A stretch of 60,274 nt of DNA, filler included. It is 8 parts of 8 records of this genome, joined end to end, with 100 filler letters (N's around TTAATTAATTAA, not from the genome) between each part and the next. Parts side by side here need not be neighbours in the genome. Positions count along the whole stretch, not along the records: positions 42,784 to 52,978 come from DRR723986_14437; positions 53,079 to 60,274 come from DRR723986_14445; 6 more parts are not named here. One strand, given 5' to 3'. The notes under the pieces were generated by a model, which did no database searches, had not been told where the DNA came from, and saw nothing but the letters and a program-made list of their open reading frames with translations. Every line of letters begins with the position of its first letter. Within the stretch, counting starts at the first letter, position 1. Below, one piece after another: positions 49,518 through 59,806 of the stretch. Position numbers and translations under genes: made by a program.

Positions 49518-51662
49518 ATGACGCGTCCCCTCCGCCTGGCATTCCTCTGGCATCAGCATCAACCCTACTACTTAAACGACGGTGAATTTCTTTTGCCCTG
49601 GGTGCGCCTGCACGGCGTCAAAGACTACGTTGACCTGACATTACTTCTGTCAGAATTCCCGTCGCTAAAGCAGAGTTTTAATCTGGTACCCTCGCTGCTG
49701 CGCCAGATAGAGCAGTATGTGAACGGCTCCGCGCAGGACGCTGTCCAGCGTCTAACATTGCTGGATGCTGCTAATTTGCAGGAGCGCGACAAGCGTGAAA
49801 TTCTCAAGCGTTTTTTCCTGTGCAATACCGAGCGCATGGTCGACCCCTGGCCGCGCTACAGCGAATTGTACCAACGCAGTCGCGATGACGAATCAGCATT
49901 GCGCGAATTTGGCCCGGCGGAATGGCGTGACCTGCAGGCCTGGTATAATTTGACCTGGGTTGGCCCGCTGATGCGTGAGCGCTACAAGCTTCACAGCTAT
50001 TTTGAGCGTGGCCGCGATTTTACGGAAGCTGATAAAATTGCGATTCTGGATGTCCACGCGTGTATTTTGGCCGACATCATTCCCACTATGCAGCAGGCGA
50101 TTGACAGCGGTCAGGCCGAAGTCAGCGTCTCACCGCTCTACCATCCAATTGTGCCACTCCTGGCCGATTCAGATGTCGCCAAAGTTGGTCTCCCGCAAGC
50201 TCCCATGCCACGCCGTTTCAGTTTTGAGCAGGACGCCCACGCGCAGGTGCAGCGCGCACATGCCGTTTATCAGGATACATTTGGCCGTCCGCCACAGGGC
50301 ATGTGGCCATCTGAGGGATCGGTTAGCGACGCAACCCTTAATGCCATCGCTGCGGCCGGTTTTAGCTGGCTTGCCACCGATGAGAAAATCCTGCAGCGCA
50401 CGCTTGGAAACGCGTATCAGAGTAGCGACAAATTTTTTCCGCAGCGCTTCCGCACAGACTCAGGGCCGTTAACCGTATTTTTCCGCGATAACGCACTGTC
50501 TGACGCAGTGGGATTTCATTACGCCCGCCGCGCAGCCTACGATGCCGCCGACGAGTTTGTGGGGCATTTGGCAAACATTCGCAACGAAATTGTTAAACAG
50601 CATGGCGAAGCGGCCCTGGAAGAAGCGGTCGTTCCAATCATTCTTGACGGCGAAAACTGCTGGGAATACTACGAGAATAACGGACTGCCATTTTTGCGGG
50701 CGCTCTACTCGCGAATTGTTGAGCGTTCCGACATGCAGACGGTGACCTTCAGTGAAGTGCTGCAGTCACAAGCTTCTTCACAAGTGGAGTCACAAGCGGA
50801 GTCACAGGGGCGGCACACTAAAACATTAAACACCATCTTTCCCGGCTCGTGGATTAATGCCGACTTCGATATTTGGATTGGCTCAAAAGCCGAGAATGAC
50901 GCCTGGGATTTGTTGCACAGCGCCCGCAGCGTTTTTGAATGTGTTAAGTGTCTGTTAAGTCCGGCGCAGGCCGAAGAGGCTTACGTCACGCTCCTGCTCG
51001 CCGAAGGTTCGGATTGGTTCTGGTGGTACGGCGACGATCACGAAGCTGAAAACAAAGAAATGTTTGACCAGTTGTTTCGCGCGCACTTAAACAAATTCTA
51101 TCGGCTGTGTGGCTTGGCTGCGCCACGTGCTCTCGGGCGTTCGCTGATGTTGGCCCACTCGCCGGTTTCCGGTCCAAATGTACGCCCACAACAGGAATAT
51201 CTGGGAGCAACTGCCGCTGCGTGGCCACGCGACTTAAATGCCTGGGACGGCGCGGGCAGTGTCATGTTAAACAAAGACAATACTTCGGCCATGCATCAGG
51301 CTGAAAGCAGTGTCGACAGGCTGCTGTTTGGTACTGCGGGTGAATACGTGCACTTCTGTTTTGCGCCGGGTGTTAACTCCGCCACGGACTTTGTGTGGGT
51401 TAAGTTTGAAGGCGCCAAAGCCCTCACCTTGGCACTCAGAACTCACGGAACAGTCGATGAAGTCACCGGCGAATTGCTCGACGAATTTCCCGGGCGCGCC
51501 TCAATGCTTAAAGTTAAACTCAATCAACTGGCTCCCAATGTACAGGCTGACGGTCGCACTACTCTGGACGTTCACGTTATGACACGCGAAAAAGACGATG
51601 CACGCCGCCGCATTCCGCCAAGTGATTCCATGGAGTTGACAATCCTGCCGCGGCAGACCTAG
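49518..51662 (+). CDS. Glycoside hydrolase family 57 (amylopullulanase/alpha-amylase type)
   Basis: LWHQHQPYY, LPWVRLHG.KDY, PLYHPI.PLL, GMWPSEGSVS, ILDGENCWEYY, AEGSDWFWW. Confidence 0.92.
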   Translation: MTRPLRLAFLWHQHQPYYLNDGEFLLPWVRLHGVKDYVDLTLLLSEFPSLKQSFNLVPSLLRQIEQYVNGSAQDAVQRLTLLDAANLQERDKREILKRFFLCNTERMVDPWPRYSELYQRSRDDESALREFGPAEWRDLQAWYNLTWVGPLMRERYKLHSYFERGRDFTEADKIAILDVHACILADIIPTMQQAIDSGQAEVSVSPLYHPIVPLLADSDVAKVGLPQAPMPRRFSFEQDAHAQVQRAHAVYQDTFGRPPQGMWPSEGSVSDATLNAIAAAGFSWLATDEKILQRTLGNAYQSSDKFFPQRFRTDSGPLTVFFRDNALSDAVGFHYARRAAYDAADEFVGHLANIRNEIVKQHGEAALEEAVVPIILDGENCWEYYENNGLPFLRALYSRIVERSDMQTVTFSEVLQSQASSQVESQAESQGRHTKTLNTIFPGSWINADFDIWIGSKAENDAWDLLHSARSVFECVKCLLSPAQAEEAYVTLLLAEGSDWFWWYGDDHEAENKEMFDQLFRAHLNKFYRLCGLAAPRALGRSLMLAHSPVSGPNVRPQQEYLGATAAAWPRDLNAWDGAGSVMLNKDNTSAMHQAESSVDRLLFGTAGEYVHFCFAPGVNSATDFVWVKFEGAKALTLALRTHGTVDEVTGELLDEFPGRASMLKVKLNQLAPNVQADGRTTLDVHVMTREKDDARRRIPPSDSMELTILPRQT

Positions 51663-51768
51663 CCTCAGCTCTGTGGCTCATTCGAATGGAAGGATGATCT
51701 TCTTCGCACTGTCTCACTTATCAGTCTTGAGGCTTCCACGATTGGATGCCGCTCTCACATGCACCAGG

Positions 51769-52332
51769 TTATTGTTTGGGCTCGTAGTTAATGAAGTCCG
51801 GCTGAGAAATAAAGGTTTCTGTTAACTCAAGCAATGCATCTGCATATTTTGCAAACTCCGCAGCACTTCTGGATGAAAATACTACGTAGGCGACTGCACC
51901 TTCCATTTGCACATACAGAACGCGCTCGAAGTTTTTGTAGATTCCGCCGCTATAATCCATTATCACATATTCATGTTCACCTACTTTGCCACGCTTTTTC
52001 TGACTGTGTTTAAACTCGGGTGACTCCTGTTCGAATTCATTGACTGCAAACTGGATGAACTTGTTAATATCCGTGTGGTTTGCTGCCGCCAGGCTGGCAT
52101 ACATAACAACGGGCGATCCGGCCCAGGTTTGTCCCAAAGGGTATAAAACACAGTGCAGCCCCGATGATGCACCAGACTTATTATCGAGCACCCAACCTTC
52201 CGGCGCATCAATTTGAAAAGCCGCCGTTGGCCCGTAGACAATTCCAGCGCAATATCTAAGCGAGTCAGCGTTTGCCCAAGCGGCGCACATGTTAATAGTC
52301 AATACTGTAATCAAGGTCATAAGTATCTTCAT
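51769..52332 (-). CDS. Hypothetical secreted protein
   Basis: AAGGGAG RBS; signal peptide ending ANA; 187-aa ORF. Confidence 0.7.
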   Translation of the reverse strand: MKILMTLITVLTINMCAAWANADSLRYCAGIVYGPTAAFQIDAPEGWVLDNKSGASSGLHCVLYPLGQTWAGSPVVMYASLAAANHTDINKFIQFAVNEFEQESPEFKHSQKKRGKVGEHEYVIMDYSGGIYKNFERVLYVQMEGAVAYVVFSSRSAAEFAKYADALLELTETFISQPDFINYEPKQ

Positions 52333-53078
52333 TGTCGCAGCTCCCTTATTTGTTGTATCGGTGTTCGCTGGGGTAGCGTGCGTAAGTTAGTCAAAACGTG
52401 CGGATTCCCAATCAACACAGCACGTTATTGGGCAGCCGCAGGAGAGTTTGCAGTGAGTTCATTTGATTGCAGCGCCCTCGCTGACTGCGGGCTTGCCTTT
52501 TGATTGTTTTGTTTGTCTTTGGGCTTAAAGCCGAGCCGAGGTATGCCTCGGCTTTACGGTTTGAAGTCTGCCCAAAGTCTTAGAGACGCGGATTAAGAAC
52601 TACACCCGTGAGTTTTTTATCAAACTGGCAGCTTGATCATCGGTCTCAGAGTCGCGGACCGGCACTTGTTTCCACCTGGATTCGGAGTAACAATTGGCCC
52701 TGACAACCAACTTATTGAGAATTCGACAAATGCAATGCAAAATGGATATGCGGTCGGTGGTTTGGAGTTTGTGTGGCAGAGACTGGATTTAGCGGTTGAG
52801 GATTTGAAAATTCCAAAATGTAAAACAGGGTCGAGCCCTTAGGGCTGGACCCCGTTGTTTTGAAGACTGAAATTGAGTGAATCCTGGATAACACCTGCCT
52901 TAAAATTCTAACTTTTGAGACTATCTCAAACACGTCAGGCTTCGCGTTCAGTGACAAACAAGAAACTCAAAAAGCAAGNNNNNNNNNNNNNNNNNNNNNN
53001 NNNNNNNNNNNNNNNNNNNNNNTTAATTAATTAANNNNNNNNNNNNNNNNNNNNNNNNNNNNNNNNNNNNNNNNNNNN

Positions 53079-54539
53079 ATCACCTCGGCGGTCATCACGA
53101 CGATCATCACGACGGTCGCCTCTACGCTCCCACGGACGATCACCGCTATCTCCTCCATCTCGGCGATCATCATCACGGCGATCATCATCGCGCCAGGGCT
53201 GACGGCCTTTGTCAAAGGCACTGCGCTCACCGCGCGACTTAAACGAACGGCCACCGGCACCCATGCGTTTGCCCGGCTTAACCGGACGGCGTTCTTCGTC
53301 GCCCTTAAACACATTTTCGGAAAGTGGGAAGGTCTCTTCACCAACTTCAGCGCCGGCAAAAATTAACACAAATTCGCCTTTAAACTTTAAGGTATCGAAC
53401 TTGCTTTTGATTTCCAGAAGTGAACCGTAATGCAGCGTCTCATAGCTACTTGTTAACTTGCAACCCAGGAAGGCGCGCCGCGCAGGCATAACCGTCGCCG
53501 CAGCTTCCAACAAAGGTTTAAGTCGATATGGTGTTTCCAGCAGAACAACTGTGCGCGACTCACGTGCAAGTGCGGTTAACTCCTCCACACGCACGGATGG
53601 TTCGCGGCTCAGGAAACCACCAAAGATAAACTGTTTAGTTGGCAGGCCACTGCACACCAGACCGGCAAGCACACTCGACGCACCCGGAACGGCTTTAACA
53701 GGCACTTCGTGTTTAATAGCCAGGCGCACCAGAATTTCACCTGGATCAGCCAGCAGAGGTGTGCCCGCATCGGAAATAAGCGCTACTTCGGAGCCATTTT
53801 TTAACTCTTTGAGAACGTCCATGGCGGACTCGTTCTCATTGTGTTCATTAAGCTGCACCAATTCTTTGTTAATACGGTGTTCGTGCAGCAGGCGCGCGGC
53901 GGGTTTAATTTCCTCACAAACAACAAAGTCGGCTTTTTTAAGCGTTTCGAGGGCGCGCAGGGTAATATCGTCAATATGGCCAATCGGCGTCGAGACGATA
54001 TGCAGGGTTCCATAAGATTTGGAAGCCGGTTGTACAGTTTCAACTTTTTTGGTCTCAAACAGATCCTGAATCGGCGTATCGTCCCACTCTGCGGCGGATT
54101 CCTCGCCGCCTGCCTGTGTAGTTTCAGGACTTACTTCCGCAGTAGTTTCGGGGACATCCAGCGTTTCGCCGTCCGAATTGGCAACAGGCAAGCTTTCAGA
54201 AGCAGGTGCGCTATCGGTCTCAGGCAGGGCCGCCGGGTCCGCTACTTGCGCGGGTGAGGATGCCTCCTCCACTGAACTTAAATCCGCAACAGCATCTGAA
54301 GAATCAACTGGAACTTCATCAGAAACTACCGGCTGCTCGGCCGGTTCCGGCGTTTCCTGCGGAGATGAATCGCTCCCGGCAGGCTGGGAAGTCTGACTTG
54401 CCGCATTAGGATTTGTGTCCGGCCCAGGCTGCGCCGCGCTTTCCTCCGTTGGATTTGCGGAAGATTGATCCGCCGACTGATTAGATTCCTGCGGCGTAGA
54501 TTGCGAGCCGTCCAGGTTTGACTCGTTAGATTCTGGCAT
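53079..54539 (-). CDS. rsmI: 16S rRNA (cytidine1402-2'-O)-methyltransferase with long acidic N-terminal and Arg/Asp-rich C-terminal extensions, 3' truncated
   Basis: GTLHIVSTPIGHIDDITLRAL, VALISDAGTPLLADPG, VPGASS, F.GFL, ETPYRL, KGEFVL. Confidence 0.9.
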
Positions 54540-54592
54540 TGGATATTCCCTGCAACTGAAGTAAGACCATTAGAAGCGCTAAGAAAGGCCCG

Positions 54593-54604
54593 CAAATATA
54601 CGAA
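54593..54604 (-). promoter_or_regulatory. Bacteroidota-type -7 promoter element for rsmI
   Basis: Minus strand reads TTCGTATATTTG (TAnnTTTG) about 55 nt upstream of the ATG. Confidence 0.45.
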
Positions 54605-54720
54605 ATTGCTTTCCTTGCCCATGTATCGGCATTGTGCTAATTTCGCGCAATCAGCTCAGGCGCATGCTGCGTACGGAGCATTTGAGCCATGAGCACAGAA
54701 TGATTGTAGAGCCTAAAGGG

Positions 54721-55482
54721 ATGATGCAAACAGAAACCAGCGCAGAGCGAATCGAACACTTGCCCGGCCGTGTAGCCGAGTTTAATCAGCGTCTGGCAAC
54801 AGCACTGCAGCGCGCGCAAAGACCGGCGGGTAGTGTGCAGGTCGTGGCGGTAAGTAAAACGCTGCCGCCCGAGATTGTAGCCGCGGGCCTTGACCTTGGT
54901 CTGCAGCATTTTGGCGAGAACTATGCGCAGGAGTTAGCGCCCAAAGCCGCTGCAGTTCGTGAGTTGCGCGCCGGTTCAGCAGCAAAGGACGCCGCTCCGG
55001 CAGCCGTCTGGCACTTCATCGGCCATCTGCAGCGCAATAAAGTCAAGTTTGTGGCTGCGGACATGGCGCTTTTCCACGCGCTGGATTCGGAGCGCCTGGC
55101 ACGTGAGTTAGCGAAACACGCCAATCAGCTGCAGCGCCAAATTGCCGTACTGGTACAGGTTAATACATCCGGTGAAGACTCCAAGTTTGGAGTGCAGCCC
55201 GCAGACCTCAAACCCCTGATCGATGCAGTCCAGGCTCTGCCTGAAATTCAGCTGCGCGGACTGATGACGATTGCGCGCCCACAATCAAAAGGTGGCAACG
55301 CGCGCGCTGAATTCGCGCAACTGCGCGGACTGCTGGAGTCCCTGGCCGACCGCCGCAGTGCCGAGCATCCGCTGAATGAACTCTCGATGGGCATGTCCCA
55401 CGACTTTGAAACGGCGGTAGAAGAAGGCGCCACAATCATTCGCGTGGGCACAAAGCTGTTCGGTGCACGCCAGGCCAAATAG
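54721..55482 (+). CDS. yggS: PLP homeostasis protein (YggS/PROSC)
   Basis: VAVSKT, FGENYAQE, WHFIGHLQRNKVK, QVNTSGEDSKFG, GLMT, LSMGMSHDF, GATIIRVGT.LFG; start uncertain. Confidence 0.93.
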   Translation: MMQTETSAERIEHLPGRVAEFNQRLATALQRAQRPAGSVQVVAVSKTLPPEIVAAGLDLGLQHFGENYAQELAPKAAAVRELRAGSAAKDAAPAAVWHFIGHLQRNKVKFVAADMALFHALDSERLARELAKHANQLQRQIAVLVQVNTSGEDSKFGVQPADLKPLIDAVQALPEIQLRGLMTIARPQSKGGNARAEFAQLRGLLESLADRRSAEHPLNELSMGMSHDFETAVEEGATIIRVGTKLFGARQAK

Positions 55483-55603
55483 AAATTGAACCTGCGGCAA
55501 ATACGGCCAGGGAGCTCCCAACAAGCGCAATACCTGGAACCGGGAACCGCAGGCACACAAGTGTAGAGTAATTGAGCTATCAGAAAATCGGTGGAACTCA
55601 GGC

Positions 55604-56482
55604 TTGCAGACACAAGACCCAACCCAGAACAATTTGGCTGCGGATATTGATGCGGCTGTCGCGGCAATCCGCAGCAAAACAACATTAGAAACGGAAGTCG
55701 GAATCATTTTAGGCACGGGCCTGGGCGGCCTGGCTAAAGAGATTGACGTGGAATGTGCCATTCCCTACTCGGAGATTCCGGGTTTTCCACTGGCAACAGT
55801 CGAATTTCACAAAGGCGATTTGATTTTTGGCAAGCTGGACGGACACCCCGTCGTGGCCATGCGCGGCCGCTTTCATGTTTACGAGGGCTGGACGCTGCAG
55901 CAAATTGCTTTTCCGGTGCGAGTCCTGCAGCGCCTGGGCGTAAAAAAACTGATGATCTCCAATGCCTGCGGCAGCATGAATCCGCTGATTCGCAAAGGCG
56001 CACTTATGATCATAGACGATCATATAAATTTGATCGGCAGTCCACTGATTGGCCCCAACGATGATGCAATTGGTCCGCGCTTTCCGGACATGTCCGAGCC
56101 CTACTCAAAAGAATTGATTACGCAGGCCGAAGCTGCGGCAATGCAGGCGGGCATCAAAGTGCACCGCGGCGTGTATGTCGGCGTTCCGGGCCCGCAGCTG
56201 GAGACACGTGCCGAGTATCGTTATCTGCGAATTATCGGCGCGGACGTCGTTGGAATGAGCACTGTGCCTGAAGTAATTGCAGCGGTGCATGCGGGCATCC
56301 AGGTCTTTGGACTTTCGATTGTAACCGACGAGTGTTACCCAGAGTCCCTAAAACGTGTTAAGTTGGAAGACATCATCGCAACGGCCATGGAGGCCGAGCC
56401 GAAGATGACGCAGGTACTGCGTGGACTGATCAATGCAATTTTTGTGCATCCACAAGCGCCTAACGGTGTTAGTACGGAATAG
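55604..56482 (+). CDS. punA: Purine-nucleoside phosphorylase (trimeric type)
   Basis: IILGTGLG, GRFHVYEG, SNACGS, DHIN, GPRFPDMS, GPQLETRAE, VGMSTVPE. Confidence 0.93.
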   Translation: MQTQDPTQNNLAADIDAAVAAIRSKTTLETEVGIILGTGLGGLAKEIDVECAIPYSEIPGFPLATVEFHKGDLIFGKLDGHPVVAMRGRFHVYEGWTLQQIAFPVRVLQRLGVKKLMISNACGSMNPLIRKGALMIIDDHINLIGSPLIGPNDDAIGPRFPDMSEPYSKELITQAEAAAMQAGIKVHRGVYVGVPGPQLETRAEYRYLRIIGADVVGMSTVPEVIAAVHAGIQVFGLSIVTDECYPESLKRVKLEDIIATAMEAEPKMTQVLRGLINAIFVHPQAPNGVSTE

Positions 56483-56531
56483 CCTCCTAAAAACCTTACA
56501 ATTGCACGCTACAAGCGAGTTACTCTAACCC

Positions 56532-57623
56532 ATGGGAATTCCCAGAATGCGACACTTGCTCAACAAATACACTCTGCTGACAACCGTAGTTTGTGTGTCA
56601 ATTACCTTCTCATCCTGTAGCCCGGAAGAAGAAATCCGCGGTGGCGGTGAAAGCCCCTGGCAGCTCTTCCTGAGTTCAGCCGACCAGGCCGGTACTGTTT
56701 CACTGGTAGACATCCCAGCCAACGAAATTCAGATTGGCAACAACGGTTTGCTTACCACCGACAGCCCCGTCACAAGGATGATCAACTTCCGCGATTATCT
56801 TTTTTGTTTTGTTCCAAGCGAACACAAAATTGAAGTGCTCTCGCTGGTACGCGATGACAATTACGCGCTGGTTGAGACTATTGACTTCAGTGATGAAGAG
56901 CTTGAGCCGGTAGACATTGGTTTTGGCAACGCCACCACCGCATATGTGATTTTCGATAATTCCGAACTGGTCAAAGTTGTAGACATCCACTTCCTGGGCG
57001 ATGGCTCAGACCGCTGCCGCGTCTGTGGCGAAATCAATATCGGCGCAATCTCTTCCTCCATAGCAGTTGTCGGTAATCGCGTATTTGTGACGAACCCACG
57101 TGCAGACCGCGTTTCTTTCTTCTCGACTACAACGGAGAAAGTTCAGACTTTTGAAGGTATGCCGGCACAGCCGCGCTTCATTGAAGCCGTTCCGAACAGC
57201 GAAGAACTTGTTGTGATCAGCCTCGGTGGCGGCAAACAGGGAGACTCACGCGAAATCTCTGAGTGTATCGCTACATTCATCAACGCCGAGCAGGAAGCAC
57301 GCAGCGGCGAAGCGGTTGCGATTTTTGACTCGCAGACTACACGTCTGACAACCGAAGCACGCGGGATTGCAATCACGCAGCGCGACTATGCTTTTATCCC
57401 GACCAACAACACGGTACTACGTATCGACCTGCGGGGTGATCGCACGCGCCTGACTAAAATTCTCAATCGTCCTATGGAATCAGTCGTGTACAATCCAATC
57501 CGCGACGAGATTCTGTTTGTAGAGGAAGGCCGCCAACGCCTGCGTATTCACTCCGCCACTGGTGCTGAGATCGATACGTATGCGATGCCGCAGCGTCCTA
57601 TCCAGTCCGTAATCCCGCGTTAA
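56532..57623 (+). CDS. Hypothetical lipoprotein, probable YncE/YVTN-like beta-propeller
   Basis: Lipobox FSS-C; beta-rich repeats (AYVIF, RVFVTN, YAFIP). Confidence 0.7.
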   Translation: MGIPRMRHLLNKYTLLTTVVCVSITFSSCSPEEEIRGGGESPWQLFLSSADQAGTVSLVDIPANEIQIGNNGLLTTDSPVTRMINFRDYLFCFVPSEHKIEVLSLVRDDNYALVETIDFSDEELEPVDIGFGNATTAYVIFDNSELVKVVDIHFLGDGSDRCRVCGEINIGAISSSIAVVGNRVFVTNPRADRVSFFSTTTEKVQTFEGMPAQPRFIEAVPNSEELVVISLGGGKQGDSREISECIATFINAEQEARSGEAVAIFDSQTTRLTTEARGIAITQRDYAFIPTNNTVLRIDLRGDRTRLTKILNRPMESVVYNPIRDEILFVEEGRQRLRIHSATGAEIDTYAMPQRPIQSVIPR

Positions 57624-57642
57624 GGAATGCACGCGCAAGCCC

Positions 57643-58629
57643 ATGCCCAGTTCAAGTTCCAATTCAAGTAAGGCGACAGGATCCGTTCTTAGCGCGCTCT
57701 TCGATCGTTCCCGTTCTTTGGAGCGCAGAATCGCTCTGCCCGACGGCGCCGACGAGCGTACGCTGGCGGCGGCGGAGCTGGCCGCTGAACAAGGTATTTG
57801 CAGACCTGTTGTGATTGGATCTGATAACAGCCAGGCAATCGTCAACGACAAAATTGAATTCGTCAGTGCCGCCAACCTGCCGCAGTTTGATGAACTTGCA
57901 AATAATTTATTTGAGCTGCGCCGTCACAAGGGCTTGACGGCCGCAGCAGCGCGCGAACTGGCAGCCACGCCGCTCTATCTGGGCGGTTTGATGTTGCGCG
58001 CCGGTTTGGTTGACGGCTGCGTAGCGGGTTCACTCAGCACAACTGCAGACGTGCTCCGCGCCGGCATACACACGGTCGGCCTGGCGCCGGGCATGACGAC
58101 AATCTCAAGTTTTTTCCTGATGATTAAGAACGACCGTCCGTTTGCATTTGCCGACTGCGGTGTGGTTCCGGATCCGGACGTCAGACAGCTTGCCGACATT
58201 ACTGTGGCGACGGCAAGTAACTTTGCAAGGCTTAGTAATCAGACACCTAAAGCGGCGCTGCTCGGGTTTTCCACCAAGGGCAGTGCCGAGCACGAGTCAC
58301 TGCACAAGATGCGTGAATGTTTGACCTTGCTTCAAAATGAGCAGCCTGAGCTGCTGGTAGATGGAGAACTGCAGTTTGACGCTGCATTTGTGCCTGCCGT
58401 GGCACAGCGCAAGGCGCCCGAATCTCCGCTGGCCGGTGAAGCCAATGTTTTTATTTTCCCCGATCTTAACTCCGGAAATATCGCTTACAAGGTTGCGGAA
58501 CGTCTTGGTGGCGCGCAGGCTATCGGACCAAATGTTCAGGGGATGAAGCGGCCATATCTCGATCTTTCGCGCGGTTGCTCGGCCGATGACATTGTCGTCA
58601 GCATGGCAATTGCCTCAATTATGTCCTGA
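57643..58629 (+). CDS. pta: Phosphate acetyltransferase
   Basis: RIALPDG.DER, SSFFLM, FADCGVVPDP, FSTKGSA, DGELQFDAA, FIFPDLNSGNIAYK, DLSRGCS. Confidence 0.93.
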   Translation: MPSSSSNSSKATGSVLSALFDRSRSLERRIALPDGADERTLAAAELAAEQGICRPVVIGSDNSQAIVNDKIEFVSAANLPQFDELANNLFELRRHKGLTAAAARELAATPLYLGGLMLRAGLVDGCVAGSLSTTADVLRAGIHTVGLAPGMTTISSFFLMIKNDRPFAFADCGVVPDPDVRQLADITVATASNFARLSNQTPKAALLGFSTKGSAEHESLHKMRECLTLLQNEQPELLVDGELQFDAAFVPAVAQRKAPESPLAGEANVFIFPDLNSGNIAYKVAERLGGAQAIGPNVQGMKRPYLDLSRGCSADDIVVSMAIASIMS

Positions 58630-58971
58630 GTTCCCCACGTCCAGGGCTTGTTGTTTAGCGCGTCTTCCAGCACAGAATATTTGCGTGATTTCAGCCGGGC
58701 GCCCCTTCCACTCTAGTTCAACACTTTCCAGTTTTCAAGTTTGGCTCAAGAACCAATCGGGCAATCACGTGTAGCCGGATAAAGTGCGCTTCACAGTATC
58801 GGAAATTTGTTCCCGTCCGGGTTGGTCGGCGAACTCAATCTTGCTGGAAATTGGCCGGGCATCATCCTGTCTCTGCATGAATTGGCTATCTTACGCGTCA
58901 CATGAAGCTGCATTCCGCAGGCAGTTTACGGTTTTCAGGTTTTTTCAACTCCGTCTTTTTACACTTCACAC

Positions 58972-59712
58972 ATGATTTATTTTGTTTCCGATTTGCATCT
59001 GGGTCTGGGAGACCGCGCGGACGACCGTCAACGCGAGCGCGATTTTGTGCGCTTTTTACGCAAAGTTTCGCCGCATATGACCGAGTTGTATATCGTCGGT
59101 GATCTCTTCGACTTCTGGTTTGACTATCGCACCGTGATTCCGCGCGAGCACGTGCGCACACTCGCAGCTTTAGCTGATTTGCGCGACGCAGGGCTACCGA
59201 TCCATTATCTGATAGGCAATCACGACTTCGGGCACCGCGACTTTTTTGAACGTGAGCTGGACATTCGCGTCTACCAGGAAGATTTGCAGTTGGAGTTGCA
59301 GGACAGACGCGTTTACATCGCCCACGGTGACGGCAAGGTCGCCAACGATCGCGGATATTTAATTTTGCGCGCCATTCTGCGCAATCCACTTTGCCAGAAG
59401 TTCTACCGTTTTCTGCACCCTGACCTAGGCATTGGACTGGCCTCATTGACTTCACGCAAGAGCCGCACGTACACCGACGCGCGTAGTTATGGCGAGGATG
59501 ACGGTATGCGTCAGTTTGCCGCCGAACTTATTGAGCGCGAGGCTTGGGACTACGTCGTAATGGGCCACCGCCACCTGCCGATTACGGATAAGTTTACGAA
59601 GGGCACATATATTAACCTGGGCGACTGGTTGGTCCACCGCACTGTTGGCCGCATGCACAGTGGCACGATCGAGGTTGTTAAGGTCGATGACATCCTTAAC
59701 GATAACATCTAG
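58972..59712 (+). CDS. lpxH: UDP-2,3-diacylglucosamine diphosphatase (LpxH-like metallophosphoesterase)
   Basis: FVSDLHLG, VGDLFDFW, GNHDF, AHGD, MGHRH, YINLGDW. Confidence 0.85.
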   Translation: MIYFVSDLHLGLGDRADDRQRERDFVRFLRKVSPHMTELYIVGDLFDFWFDYRTVIPREHVRTLAALADLRDAGLPIHYLIGNHDFGHRDFFERELDIRVYQEDLQLELQDRRVYIAHGDGKVANDRGYLILRAILRNPLCQKFYRFLHPDLGIGLASLTSRKSRTYTDARSYGEDDGMRQFAAELIEREAWDYVVMGHRHLPITDKFTKGTYINLGDWLVHRTVGRMHSGTIEVVKVDDILNDNI

Positions 59713-59746
59713 AGTTCTTGTTGAAGTTTTGGGTCTGCCCCTTAGA

Positions 59747-59806
59747 TTTAACACTCACCTGATTAACACTCTTGGTTTTAACATTCTCGGTTTTAACATT
59801 CTTGTA
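59747..59806. repeat. Four imperfect 15-bp tandem repeats with a TTAACA core
   Basis: TTTAACACTCACCTG / ATTAACACTCTTGGT / TTTAACATTCTCGGT / TTTAACATTCTTGTA. Confidence 0.75.
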
